From Octopus vulgaris (Eukaryota), in NCBI GenBank assembly GCA_951406725.2, contig OX597836.1:19158001-19222000 (forward strand): 64,000 bases of DNA, given 5' to 3'. Below the pieces are notes generated by a model, which had not been told where the DNA came from, made no database searches, and saw only the letters and a program-made list of their open reading frames with translations. Positions 33,725 to 47,400 of the stretch are shown in pieces. Position numbers and translations under genes: made by a program. Each line of letters opens with the position of its first letter. The first letter of the stretch is position 1.

Positions 33725-33762
33725 CTGTTACTCGGAGTTTCACGTTCCCGTTCGTCGGACAG
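33725..33762 (-). ncRNA. Ultra-compact hammerhead motif with CCGACGA core variant
   Basis: ctgt-CCGACGA-acg GGAA cgt-GAAA-ctc c gag-TA-acag; a decayed sibling at 22724-22759 (-) has CTGAAGA. Confidence 0.68.
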
Positions 33763-33796
33763 TTTAACAAAAGTGTCCGACGAGCTGTTACTCCGA

Positions 33797-33826
<30 letters not shown>

Positions 33827-33830
<4 letters not shown>

Positions 33831-34193
33831 TACAAAATTAGAGAATGGAGAAACATACTTAAATCAATAAAACATCAACTATCCGATGATACTCAATCCA
33901 TACTTTAATACACATTACATAGGAGTAAAGGCAATATATAACAGTAATAGTAAAAGTAAAAAGATAAAGAGATATAAGTAAAAAATACAAATACAATGAT
34001 TTATTTGCATATTGTATTTGTATTTTTACTTATATCTCTTTATCTTTTACTTTACTATTACTGTATATCTCATTTCATTTTATATTGCCTTTACTCCTAT
34101 GTAATGGTGTATTAAAGTATGGATTGAGTATCATCGGATAGTTGATGTTTTATTGATTTAAGTATGTTTCTCCATTCTCTAATTTTGTAGTAT
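33827..34193. repeat. Long fold-back inverted repeat
   Basis: Arms atactacaaaattagagaatggag.. and ..ctccattctctaattttgtagtat are nearly perfect reverse complements. Confidence 0.9.
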
Positions 34194-34381
34194 TAATTTA
34201 CTATTATTACCTTACCCATTTAATACAATAGATGAACTGATTGCTTGACAATTTCTAACATCTATGTATTAATTTTTGTTGGGTACCTATCTAGCAGTAT
34301 ATTGGATACATATTATATGGTGGGTTGAATTTTCAACCCTATATATAACTTATATATATATATAGATACATATATATATAG

Positions 34382-34422
<41 letters not shown>

Positions 34423-34821
34423 GACATGCATACATACATACAAATATATTGATTTTATTTATACGTAACATATTTCTGAGTGTGTGTGTTTATTGTTTAT
34501 TTCCAATGTTTTTGGTTTTCTCAAAGTCACTTTCCAAAATCCTATTTCAAAAACAAAAAAAATGTTGTAAAATAATCCAGTGTAGACAGCATTTCCCAAG
34601 ACCATCTTTTAGATGCACCATTAGAAATGATGGTGATGGCAGTGGTGTGTGTCTTTCTTTCTCTCTCCCTCTTTCTCATTTAGAATTATGTACACACTGC
34701 AGACTTTGCAGCTCACATCAAGTCCTTCATGGTGTAGTGGAGATCAGAGTGACTGGCTCTGGCTGTAGTTTGATCTCTGTCTCTTTCCAGACATTGCTAA
34801 TACACTGGGGATGGATTAGAG

Positions 34822-35074
34822 CAGGAACTGATGTGGTGGTAGCATATATTTGGGACAGTTTGTAATGTGGGACGGTGTGAGTAGAACAGGAACTGATGTG
34901 GTGGTAGCATATATTTGGGACAGTTTGTAATGTGGGACGGTGTGAGCAGAACATGAACTGATGTGGTGGTAGCATACATTTGGGACAGTTTGTAATGTGG
35001 GACGGTGTGAGTAGAACAGGAACTGATGTGGTGGTAGCATACATTTGGGACAGTTTGTAATGTGGGACGGTGTG
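34822..35074. repeat. 65-bp minisatellite, ~4 copies, in the presumptive MAD1L1 3' UTR
   Basis: Unit gaactgatgtggtggtagcatatatttgggacagtttgtaatgtgggacggtgtgagtagaacag. Confidence 0.9.
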
Positions 35075-35291
35075 GGGGAAAAGGTGTGTAATGTATGTAG
35101 GGTGTTGAGTATTTTTAAAACAGTGCATTAAATACCAGTTACTGGGTGTTGCATAGGATGAAATATAGACACTGACATGAGGCATATAGGATTCTTTTAT
35201 ACAGTGTCAATGTGTATGTGGTGATCATTTGAGTGCAGTGTATTATGCCACATTTTCATCAGTTGGTCATACTATAGCAGTGTTTATGTGT

Positions 35292-35447
35292 CTACATGTT
35301 TCCTGTATGTCGACTGAACAGATCCAAAGTGATGCTGCTCAGGTAGGCAGGGATGCTGTCCTGCTTCTCCAGATAGAGTTCAATGAGTTTGCTGGTTGTC
35401 TTGGAGAAGCTGGTTTCCAGTAACTGCAGCTCACCCGATGGTCCTCT
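35292..35447 (-). CDS. MAD1L1: MAD1L1 last coding exon ([15 protein letters not shown]...SRHTGNM*)
   Basis: Strong similarity to the human MAD1 C-terminus; TAG stop at 35292-35294. Confidence 0.93.
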   Translation of the reverse strand, partial: RGPSGELQLLETSFSKTTSKLIELYLEKQDSIPAYLSSITLDLFSRHTGNM

Positions 35448-38400
35448 CTGGTTGGAAGACAAAAAAAAATTACATTTGTTATAAAACAATATATAAACAT
35501 TGTGTGATATTTACGATATACATACGTCTGTGTTTCAGATCAGGACACCCACATAAGTTGAATTTCTTTCTTTATTACCCACAGGGGGATAAACATAGAG
35601 GGGGGCAAACAAGGGCAGACAAACGGTTTAAGTCGATTACATCGACTCCAGTGATTAACTTGTACTTAATTTATCGACCCCGAAAGGATGAAAGGCAAAG
35701 TCGACCGCGGCGGAATTTGAACTCAGAACGTAACGGCAGACAAAATACGGCTACGCATTTCACCCGGCGTGCTAACGTTTCTGCCAGCTCCAACCTCTAA
35801 TTCAGCATAAGTTGAATTGTCTCTGTTTGGACAGGGATTTTCCCAGTTTTTTATGCCACAGCCTTAACCCTTTAACATTCAGATTAATCTGTCAAATGTA
35901 GTGCTTATTTATATACATTGCTTACGTTTATATACATGCCGGTGGCACGTAAAAGCACCATCCGTTCGTGGCCATTTGCCAGCTCCGTCTGGCACCAGTG
36001 CGGGTGGCACGTAAAAAGCACCCACTACACTCACGGAGTGGTTGGCATTAGGAAGGGCATCCAGCCGTAGAAACACTGCCAGATCAGACTGGAGCCTGGT
36101 GCAGCCTCCTGGCTTCCCAGACACCGGTCAAACCATCCAACCCATGCATGGAAAGCAGACGCTAAATGATGATGATGATGATTGCTTGAAATTAATTATG
36201 CATTATCTTTAAGATAGTTTTAAGATTTTGATGATGTGCATGTTTACTTTAAATGTACATGTCTAAATTATCATTAACAACTAAAATAATTATAAATTCA
36301 AATTTAACTGTCAATAGTTATATAGAATACAATAAAATCTCTTAGATAAAAAAGTTTACTTAACTCACAAAAAGCGTGTCATTAACTAAAATTTCAAAAT
36401 GTGTGTGTATGATGAGTGTTTGTATGATGAGTGTTTGTATGTGTGTTTGTGTATGTATGTTAATTTGTGTGTGTTCATGTGAGTTTGTGTGAGTGCTTTT
36501 TGTCTGTGTCTGAGTATGTGTGTGTGAGTCTTTGTATGTGCGTGTGTGTACCAACCTGGAAGAGGAGACAGTCATCTGAGGACTCAGAGTAGGCATTACA
36601 TAATTTGTAGTTGTTGGCGCTAGTAATGTCCAAACGGTAACCCATTAAACGGTACGTAGCTTCCCTGACCTCTTGGCTGGTCTTCTTAAATGTTTGTAGC
36701 AGACGCTTGTTCTTTAATTCTGAAGTCTCCAGCTGAGAACGTAATTCTACAAAAGAAAGGAAGAGATAATGAGAGAGAGAGAGAAGAAACAGACAGACAG
36801 ATAGAGAGAAAGAGATAGAGATACAAAAAGAAAGAAAGAAAGATAGATACATACATACATATATACATATATATATATGACGGGCTTCTTTCAGTTTCCG
36901 TCTACCAAATCCACTCACAAGGCACTGGTCGGCCCGAAGCTACAGTAGAAGACACTTGCCCAAGGTGCCACGCAGTGGGACTGAACCTGGAACCATGTGG
37001 TTGGTAAGCAAGCTACTTACCACACAATGGGCACAGATACATAGATACATGATGAAAACCTAACCAATGATAGCCCTAGAATATGAAAATATAGCCATAA
37101 TAAACACAAAAACAGATATGGTGGAGCTGATTCTTACCAACAACTTCCTTACAATTGCAACCGTCTTGCAGTTTCTGTTCCACTTGTAACGTAACATCTG
37201 CAGCTTGTCCACCAGACTGTTCCAAAACCTTCACCCGAGCCTGTAATCGGTCAATTTCACTTTGCATATAAGAAATCTTCTCTTTCCTCTTCTGCTGGTC
37301 CACAGAAGATGGGTTGAGGGTCATGTGTATAACTTTGGTTTTGGTCGGGTCATAGTCTCCCTGTCGGTAAATTGAAATCCAGATAGTAACTTAGTAAGGA
37401 GAAAAGCAACCGTGTAAGAGTCGTAAGGGGAGAATAAAAACAAAAAAAAAATTGGTAACAGGAAGGATGTCATCATTATCATCAACATCCATGTTCCATG
37501 CTGAGATGGTCGGATGATTTGACAGGACCTAGTGGAACCAAGGCTTGCATAGTTCTCCATTGCCGGATTTGCTATGGTTTCTATTGCTGGATGCCCTTCC
37601 AAACACCAACCTATTTCTTTACTAACTACAAGGGGTCAAACACAGAGAGGTAAAACAAGGACAGACAAACAGATTAAGTCGATTATATCGACCCCAGTGC
37701 GTAACTGGTACTTATTTAATCGATCCCGAAAGGATGAAAGGCAAAGTCGACCTTGGCGGAATTTGAACTCAGAACGTAGCAGCAGACGAAATACCTATTT
37801 CTTTACTACCCACAAGGGGCTAAACACAGAGGAGACAAACGGATTAAGTCGATTACATCGACCCAGTGCGTAACTGGTACTTATTTAATCGACCCCGAAA
37901 GGATGAAAGGCAAAGTCGACCTTGGCGGAATTTGTACTCAGAACGTAGCAGCAGACGAAATACCGCTAAGCATTTCGCCCGCGTGGTAACAATTCTGCCA
38001 GCTCGCCGCCTTCCAAACACCAACCACTTTACAGCAAGTGTCATCATGCAGCTTGCAGGATGTGAAATTTTTTTTTTTCCCACGAGAGTTCAGGACCCCA
38101 GTTATGAACTCATTTGCATACAACCAATCAGAGCACAACCTATCAAACTAATTTATGAGTGCATAACAAGTGACGGGCGATAAGATAAGGTCACTCGGGT
38201 AAGGAATGACCATGTTACTTTTCTCTTTTAACAATGCTTGTTCTTGTTCCAACCATGGCTGCCTCTGCATAGTTATTTGAGTTGCTTACTTTGTAAAACA
38301 GTAAAGGGAGAGGGTTGCTTGTACATCACTCTCTACCCACTTGAGCAAACAGTCCTCAACTTGTTCCATTTACCAAAAGGTTTGCAAGGCACCAGCAGCC

Positions 38401-41400
38401 CCAAGAGACACACTTGTATCCATAGAACATGATTTCTGCTTTATGTTACTAAACCCTCATTTGTTGCTTATGATGAGAGAATCCATCATCATCATCATCG
38501 TTTAACGTCCGCTTTCCATGCTACATGGGTTGGACGATTTGACTGAGGACTGGCAAACCAGACAGCTGCACCAAGCTTCAATCTGATCTGGCAGAGTTTC
38601 TACAGCTGGATGCCCTTCCTAACGCCAACCACTCCAAGAGTGTAGTGAGTGCTTTTACGTGCCACCGGCATGAGGGCCAGTCAGGCGGTACTGGCAATGG
38701 CCACACTCAAATTGTGTCATGTATATATATATATATATGTGTATATACTGATTATTAATTTCCAGCTCTAAAACCTGCACCCTCTCTTCTGAAATGCAAG
38801 TGGTCATGTAACTTTCTCTTCAGCAAGAAACCTCTTCTGCTGTGACCCTTTTCCCCCTCTCTACTCCTATTCTCCTAGCATAAAATTCCTCCTCTGTATT
38901 CGAGGTTTCATAGTCTTGCAAGCCACATATGGCAATCTCACAAGTGCTGATGGCATGAATAAAGCACCCAGTACATACTGTTCAGGGGTACTCATTAGGA
39001 AAGGTACCCAGCCATAGAAACCATGGCATAACAGACACTGAAGCAATGCAATCCTTAGGCTGCATCAGATCCTGTCAAGCCATCCAATCCGCTAATGTCT
39101 ATGTTGATGATGATGGCAACTGAACAATAATCTATGAACCATACCTAAGCACCTATACTGTACTCATCAAAACACCAGCATAGACTGCCATCTGTAGTGG
39201 AGATCAGTCAAAGCTGATGCAATCCCTTAAACTTCTATCATATATCACTTACCTGTAATTGACGTTCTTCCAGCTTCATCTCCAGGTAGTTCTTCTCCTC
39301 AAGAGCTACTTCTAACTTTTTCTCCAGATCAGCAATTTTCTCTCTGCAATAACAAATAACACCAAAAAATGTATCAAGCATATATATATATATATATCAT
39401 CATCATCATCATCATCGTTTAGGGTCCGCTTTCCATGCTGGCATGGGTTGGACGGTTCAACTGGGGTCTGGGAAGCCAGAAGGCTGCACCAGGTCCAGTC
39501 TGATCTGGCAATGTTTCTACGGCTGGATGCCCTTCCTAACGCCAACCACTCCGTGAGTGTAGTGGGTGCTTTTTACGTGCCACCGGCACAGGTGCCAGAC
39601 GAGGCTGGCAAACAGCCACGATCGGATGGTGCTTTTTATGTGCCACCAGCACGGAGGCCAGGCCAGGCTGGCAACGGCCATTATATATATATATATAATA
39701 TTTAAATTTTCTTCCTACATGAATTATTTTGGAAATTGTGATAAATTTTTCGAAAAGTTCCAAATGCGGATTGTTGAAAAAAGCATATTTATCCTTTTCT
39801 ATTCAATTGCGATAATAAACATTTTAGTATTTTTGAAACTATAGTATCAAATGCAAATGTTTATGAAATATCAATGAATGATATAGATGGGAAATGCAAA
39901 AAAAAGAACAGCTAGGTTCTATAACCCTAATTTTGTGGTTATAGAACCTAGCTGTTCTTTCTAGCGTGTTGAATCCCATGAGTAGATTCCTTATGTGTTT
40001 AAATGTACACTATATTTTATATATATATAGTATTACTGTAAATGTGGGTACAGAGACAATCTAATAAATAGGCAGGCAGATACATATAATTATTTACCTG
40101 AGTTGTAAATCAATTTTCTCGTTAACATCTCTCAAGTTAGACATAGCTGCAGTAGTCTGGAGCATAGAGGATGGCACTGGCTACAAGAGATAATAACAAG
40201 GAAAAACATGAAGTAAAAAGTCACACCTGTCTGCAGCAACAGTAAATAATAAGGTGCAAACATAAAATACACCTGTAATTAAATTTACAAAACATTGCAA
40301 ATTTTGATGCGAAAACATGTGATAAACATTTGGCAACCAGGTGCACATGTATTTAAATATAAACTATAAAGTACACAAAGTTTAAAATTGTAAAATATTA
40401 ATGCAGGTATGTGTGTGTGTCTATATGAGTGAGAATATTTGAATGAACCGGATTCGGATCTTTTCACTTTGACCGACAGATTTTGAAAATAATTTCTTTG
40501 TAACTAAACACTTTTAAACTTCGTATACTGGTAGAATGTGTTACATAAAACATTTCTTTTCTCTTGGCTTTCTTGAGAAAATTCTGTAGTTTGTAAGCTA
40601 TTTGTTGTTAAATTTCTTGCATTTCAGCAATTTCAACCAATCAATGACGTCTATTGAGGTGAATACAATTTCTGCTGTTGTTTGTCAACAACTTCCTGCG
40701 GTCTCTATTTAGTTTGTCACTGTTATTTATGACACATTTCATATCAGTCACGTTCGTATGAATAAAAGATTGTGGGGTTAGGGATAGGGTTAGGGCTAAG
40801 GGTTTCCTTTTTCTTCAGAAATGTAAATAAACCCACGTGGGTTTATAAGTGACAGCTACACCACCGGAAGTTCTTGTTGAATTTGTTGACAAACAACAGC
40901 AGAAATTGTATTTGTGGGAATATGTGGATTTACTTTCTTGTCTGTAAAATAAAGAAATTGAGAGAGATAGGAAGAGAGAGAGAGGGAAGAAGAAAAAGTG
41001 AAGAGAAAGAGGGAAGGTGGAAGAGAGAGAGAGAGAGAGAGTATAGAGGTAGAAAAGCTGTAACTTGTTTCAATGGCAATAGTGATACCTCTATCATTAG
41101 TTGGCCTCCCTGTGAAGTGGGAGCCTTCAGGGAAGATTCCTGCATATCTATGGTCTGACGTAGGGCGGTCAGCATTTCCTCCAGCGTATTGATGCGAGTC
41201 CTCAATATTGAATCGGAGTTCATGATGGTTGACTCGTGGTCATATGAAGCAATAATCTGCTGGTAACCGTCCCGTTCCTGCAATGAAATCAAATAAAAGG
41301 TTTTCGATCATTCGAGAATTTTCTTGGACATTCAACCACATCATCATCATCATCGTTTAGTGTCCGCTTTCCATGCTAGCATGGGTTGGACGGGTCATCT

Positions 41401-44400
41401 GGGGTCTGGGAAGCCAGAAGGCTGCATCAGGCCCAGTCTGATCTGGCAGTGTTTCTACGGCTGGATGCCATTCCTAACGCCAACCACTCCACGAGTGTAG
41501 TGGGTGCTTTTTACGTGCCACCAGCACAGGTGCCAGACAGGGCTGGCAAACGGCTACGGTCGGATGGTGCTTTTTATGTGCCACTGGCACGGATGCCAGG
41601 CAAGGCTGGCACCAGCCATTATATATATATATATATATCTATATATATATATATAATATTTAAATTTTCTTCCTATGTGAATTATTTTGGAAATTGTGAT
41701 AAGTTTATCAGTAGTATTATATTCCCTATATTTACACCTACCCTATCAGGGCTTTAATCTACATGGATTTACACAGGATTGCACCTAAAGACTTACAGAC
41801 TTACTTCTACACAATTGGAAAATGGAACTATGAACTTTCATGCTTCTTTTTACTTCTCTTTCTTCATCTCCTTATTCCTCTATCCCTGACCTCTATATTG
41901 TTATTTCATTAATCTATACCCTCCTCATTTTCCCTATTTGTCTCTGATGAAGAAATATCCCATACCCTGGGACATCCCAGAAACAGCTGTAAGACGTAGA
42001 ATTTTTTTCCAATAATAATAATAATGTAAAGTATACTAGCCATTTCAATATGGCTAACCACTAAGGGTGGGTGTTACTGTAGCTTTTAGCCCCAGGAGAT
42101 CATCATCTCTAGCTGGCTTTAGACACAATTTCTGTGCCCTTATGGTATTTGAAAAGGGAGGTCATCCCTCTCTCCTCAACCTAAGTGATAATAATGTATA
42201 TGACTCAATATTTGCCTTGCCTTAACGTTTATTGTCCTATTTAAAAATTATATATCTGCAACATAAGAAATCTGCAATGGTTCTATAACTATTGACTCAG
42301 CTACAAATTTGGAGCCCTAGTAATCCATTACAGCACTTACCTAGCACACTTAGTCATTTAGACCTCCTGTGAACTAAACCCCCATATGAGCGGCTGTGTG
42401 GTAAGTAGCTGTGTGGTAAGTAGCTGTGTGGTGTGGTAAGTAGCTTGCTAACCAACCACATGGTTCCGGGTTCAGTCCCACTGCGTGGCATCTTGGGCAA
42501 GTGTCTTCTGCTATAGCCTCGGACCAACCAAAGCCTTGTGAGTGGATTTGGTAGACGGAAACTGAAAAGAAGCCCGTCGTATATATGTATATATATATAT
42601 ATATATGTGGGGGGGGGTCTGTGTTTGTCCCCCTAGCATTGCCTGACAACCGATGCTGGTGTGTTTATGTCCCTGTTACTTAGCGGTTCGGCAAAAGAGG
42701 CCGATAGAATAAGTACTGGGTTTACAAAAGAATAAGTACTGGGGTCGAGTTGCTTGATTAAAGGCGGTGCTCCAGCATGGCCGCAGTCAAATGACTGAAA
42801 CAAGTAAAAAAAAAAAAAGATACATATAAACACACACATGTATACACAGATATATATATAAATACAGCTATATATGAATATATATATATAAATACAATAA
42901 CAATAAGGTGACAATCACAAATACATACACATACACACACACATATATATATATCTATATGCACATATATACACACACATGCATATATATATATACACAC
43001 ACACATATATATATACATACATACACACACATATACATTCACATATATATATATACATACATACACACACATATACATTCACATATATATATACATACAT
43101 ATATACACACATACATGATGATTGCTTCATTTTGACAGATGATCGCCATCCCATCAACACACACCGCACTCCAAGTGACAGACATTATTCAAGTTTCTTC
43201 TGTATCTATTTCTTTACTACCCACAAGGGGCTAAACACAGAGAGGACAAACAAGGACAGATAAAGGGATTAAGTCGATTACATCGACCCCAGTGCGTAAC
43301 TGGTCCTTAATTTATCGACCTCGAAAGGATGAAAGGCAAAGTCGACCTCGGCGGAATTTGAACTCAGAACGTCACGGCAGACGAAATATCGCTAAGCATT
43401 TCGCCCGGCGTGCTAACGATTCTGCCAGCTCGCCGCCCTTTATACATTCACATATATATATACATACATATATACACGCATACATGATGATTGCTTCATT
43501 TTGACAGATGATCGTCATCCCATCAACACACACCGCACTCCAAGTGACAGATATTATTATAGTTTCTTCTGTGTCTTTGCTGTTTGGAATCTGATTAATG
43601 CCATTGAGAGTCAGAGAGGTGAGCAAAGAACACAAACGAAGAATGTAACGAGGAGCATAGTGAAAACACTGAATGGCAAACGGATGAATGTCTGATAATG
43701 GTAGAAGCACTCCGTCGGTTACGACGACGAGTGTTCCGGTTGATCCGAATCAACGGAACAGCCTGCTCGTGAATTTAACGTGTAAGTGGTGGAGCACTCC
43801 ACAGACACGTGTACCCTTAACGTAGTTCTCGGGGATATTCAGCGTGACACAGAGAGTGACAAGGCCGGCCCTTTGAAATACAGGTACAACAGAAACAGGA
43901 AGTAAGAGTGAGAGAAAGTTGTGGCGAAAGAGTACAGCAGGGATCACCACCATCCCCTGCCGGAGCTCGTGGAGCTTTTAGGTGTTTTTCGCTCAATAAA
44001 CACTCACAACGCCCGGTCTGGGAATCGAAACCGCGATCCTACAACCGCGAGTCCGCTGCCCTAACCACTGGGCCATTGCACCTCCACGAATGTCTGATAA
44101 TAAGGATATATTTACTGCTGATAATCTGTAGCACCGTTTCTGCCAAGACCTAATTTGATCCGAGTTCTGATGGTTTTTGGCAAGCTGAGAAGCTACACTC
44201 GACTCAAGCTGGTGGACATCGTTCTGGAGTTTCCCAATCGTGTTCTCTTGAGTGGTCACTCTGTAACAGAAAATTAAAACAATCATATATGCATTATTTA
44301 CATTGTATACTCTTTCACTCGTTTCAGTCATTTTGACTGCGGCCATGCTGGAGCACCGCCTTCTTTTTTTTTTTTTTTTTTAATCGAGCATTCTTTTGGT

Positions 44401-47400
44401 AAGCCCAGTACTTATTGGTCTCTTTCGCCGAACCGCTAAGTAACGGGGACATAAACACAGCAGCATTGGTTGTCAAGCAGTGCTAGGGGGACAAACACAG
44501 ACACACACACACACACATGCATATATATATACATATATACGATGGGCTTCTTTCAGTTTCCGTCTACCAAATCCACTCACAAGGCATTGGTCAGCCTGAG
44601 GCTATAGTAGAAGACACTTGCCCAAGGTGCCACGCAGTGGGACTGAACCCGGAACCATGTGGTTGGTAAACAAGCTACTTACCACACAGCCACTCCTGCG
44701 CCTATGTATGTTTGTACATCGACTGAACGTCAGCTTTTCCGTGCTCCCCAGAGATAGCAACAGAATCTCCCTCAAATCACAACTTATTACCTTAAAATAA
44801 ACTGGCAATGGTGGATAACATAATGACAGCTAGACATAAAGATGTGATGGTCACAGCTGGAACACTTTTGCTTGATCAGAACTGATCTGAGACTAAACAG
44901 CAATACATTTTTTTTTCCTCCCAATCCTTTCTGTTGAAGAGCAGAGGCTCAAAATGTCAAAGACTTTTCCATTCTTCCTGAGTATTAAACTAATATGCCT
45001 GCTTGTTGTTCGTCCACCTGTCTTCACCTTTTGTTTTCTGTAAATTTGAACTATATATATATATATATATATATATAAATATATACACAGGGTGTCCCAA
45101 AAAAATGTATACACATAGTGGTTCGGCAAAAGAGAACGATAGAATAAGTACTAGGCTTACAAAGAATAACAAATTTACAATTATTTAAGGTGTGTATACA
45201 TTTTTTTGGGACATCCTGTATATATATATATAGATGACTGGATAACTGAAGAGATGGTGGTGTGGATTTCCACCTTGGCATCCGAAACTCAGAGTTTTAT
45301 CATGGCTACCAAATAATTGTCACATATTACATTTACAGATAAATTCCTCTATTTACATAATATTTGAGGTCTCTTTCTTTCTTTTGTTGTCTTACTGTTT
45401 TTATCAATATATATATATAAAATTAATCCAAACAAGAAAGCACAAAAAAACACAACATCGCGAGGATGTGGAACAAATAAAGTATTATTGGACACTCAGG
45501 AAAGAAGGAAAGAAGGAGGGTTTAACATTTCGAGCTGAGCTCTTCGTCGGAAACATAGGAGAAGGAAAGATCCAGAGAAGGGAAGACAGAGGGAAAAAAA
45601 TCGCCAACGGTACACACGAGGTCACATGTATCTGTAAATGTAATATGGGACAATTATTCGGTAGCCAAGATAAAACTCCGAGTTTCGGATGCCGAGGTGG
45701 AAATTCATGCCGCCATCTCTTCAGTTATCTGACCATCGGTAAAATGGCCAGATAACTGAAGAGCTGGCGGCGTGAATTTCCACCTCAGTATCCGAAACTC
45801 GGAGTTTTATCTTGGCTATTGAATAATTGTCACATATTATTTTACAGATAAATTTCCTCTATTTACATAATATTGAGGTCTCTTTCTTTCTTTTGTTATC
45901 TTACCGTTTTTACCAAGATATATATAATCTTAGTCCATAATCAATATGTTCTTTAAAGAAACTTACATTGCCTGCAGTTTGCCGTTCTTCTCCAATAACA
46001 AAGCTTCAGTGTTCTGCAAGTCAAAAATGGTTTTCTTCACAACTGCTGGGGTCCTGTGAGATAAAAAGTACATACATAGCAGAAATTATGATAAACACAA
46101 ATTTCTATCATTCGTTCCCTACATACGTTTCACCATTGTGGCTGTTTGAAATCTCTGCATTGAATGTTTCCAAGTGCAATTGGATGCTGAACCACAACAG
46201 ATCATCAGGGAAACATTTCATTGCATTACGTTACATTTACAATGGTGAAAATTGTGTAGGGAACAAAAGAGATGAACTTGAGTTTATCATGATTTTTCCT
46301 ACATTTGCTCTGTTTATCATAACCAGCAATACAGCTAAGTATGACAATAACCACACCACTATACTGGAAGCAGGAGTGGCTGGTGATAAATTCAGTAGTG
46401 GTGGTCAAATATTCAACTATACAAACAAGATATACTATACATATATATTTTGATACATATATACATACACATATATCCATATATAAATGCACACACACAC
46501 ACACACAAATGTACATACACATACATGAGTGTGTGGGGTGGTTGTATATGTGTATGTATAAAGAGAGAGATGAGGTGAAGGAGGAATAGGAAGAGACATA
46601 AAAGTTTAAAAAATAAAGAACTCACAAAGAACTGCAAGTGTTTCTGCCATCATTCAAAGCCTGCCATTGCTGTAACTGTTGCTTGGCAACCTAACAAAAT
46701 AAATAGACCAAATAGTAGTGGGCGTTCAAAAGTGACACCTCTCTCTACTGCAACAACCCCCTTCCCAGCTCAGTTACAGTGCAAGAAATGTGTCCGGGCC
46801 AGTGGCACATAAAAGGCACCATTCGAGTGTGATCGTTACCAGCGTCGCTTTACTGGCACTTGAGCCCCGTGCTAGTAGGGTGCCAAGAGCACCATCCGAG
46901 CGTGATCGTTGCCAGAACAGCCAACTTTTGTTTTTTACAATTTAGTTAACACTAGCAGTATCGCCCGGTGTTGCTCGGGTTTGTAAGGGAAATAACTATA
47001 TAAGCATTTTTAGAGATGTAAAGTATAATAGCCATCTCAATATGGCTAACCACAAAGTGGGGGGTGTTACTGTAGCTTTTTACGTTCTGAGATTTAATAA
47101 TACATTTTTAGAGAGTTACTTCCCTTATATAATAGCAAAAAAAAATGCATTAAAAATGGGAAAAAATGATGGAAAATTTTTTTTAAATCGTAGACTCATC
47201 ATAGACGCGCTAATACCCAGAAGGGCTCAATATGAATCACGACTATAAGATACCCGCTTTTGGTTACACTGCACCGCAAAATGTGGGAGTAGTTAGGAAT
47301 CTAAATCGTAGGAGACAGACACCACACCACCTCACTTTTATATATATAGATGACCTTAGCACAGGCCGTTTCCCAACACACCACCCTGAATGACATAATC

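Noticed and set aside
34822-35074. CRISPR-like appearance of regularly spaced repeats
   Set aside because: Units are contiguous with no unique spacers, the context is eukaryotic and there are no cas genes.
44102-44115. U12-type AT-AC donor-like ATATCCTT just after MAD1L1 coding exon 10
   Set aside because: The downstream acceptor is AG, and the GT donor 6 nt earlier reproduces the conserved QKR-x6-ERDG spacing.
46125-46190. Possible MAD1L1 exon with gtatgt donor
   Set aside because: No acceptor gives an open frame in the needed phase; 46626-46690 fits the homology instead.
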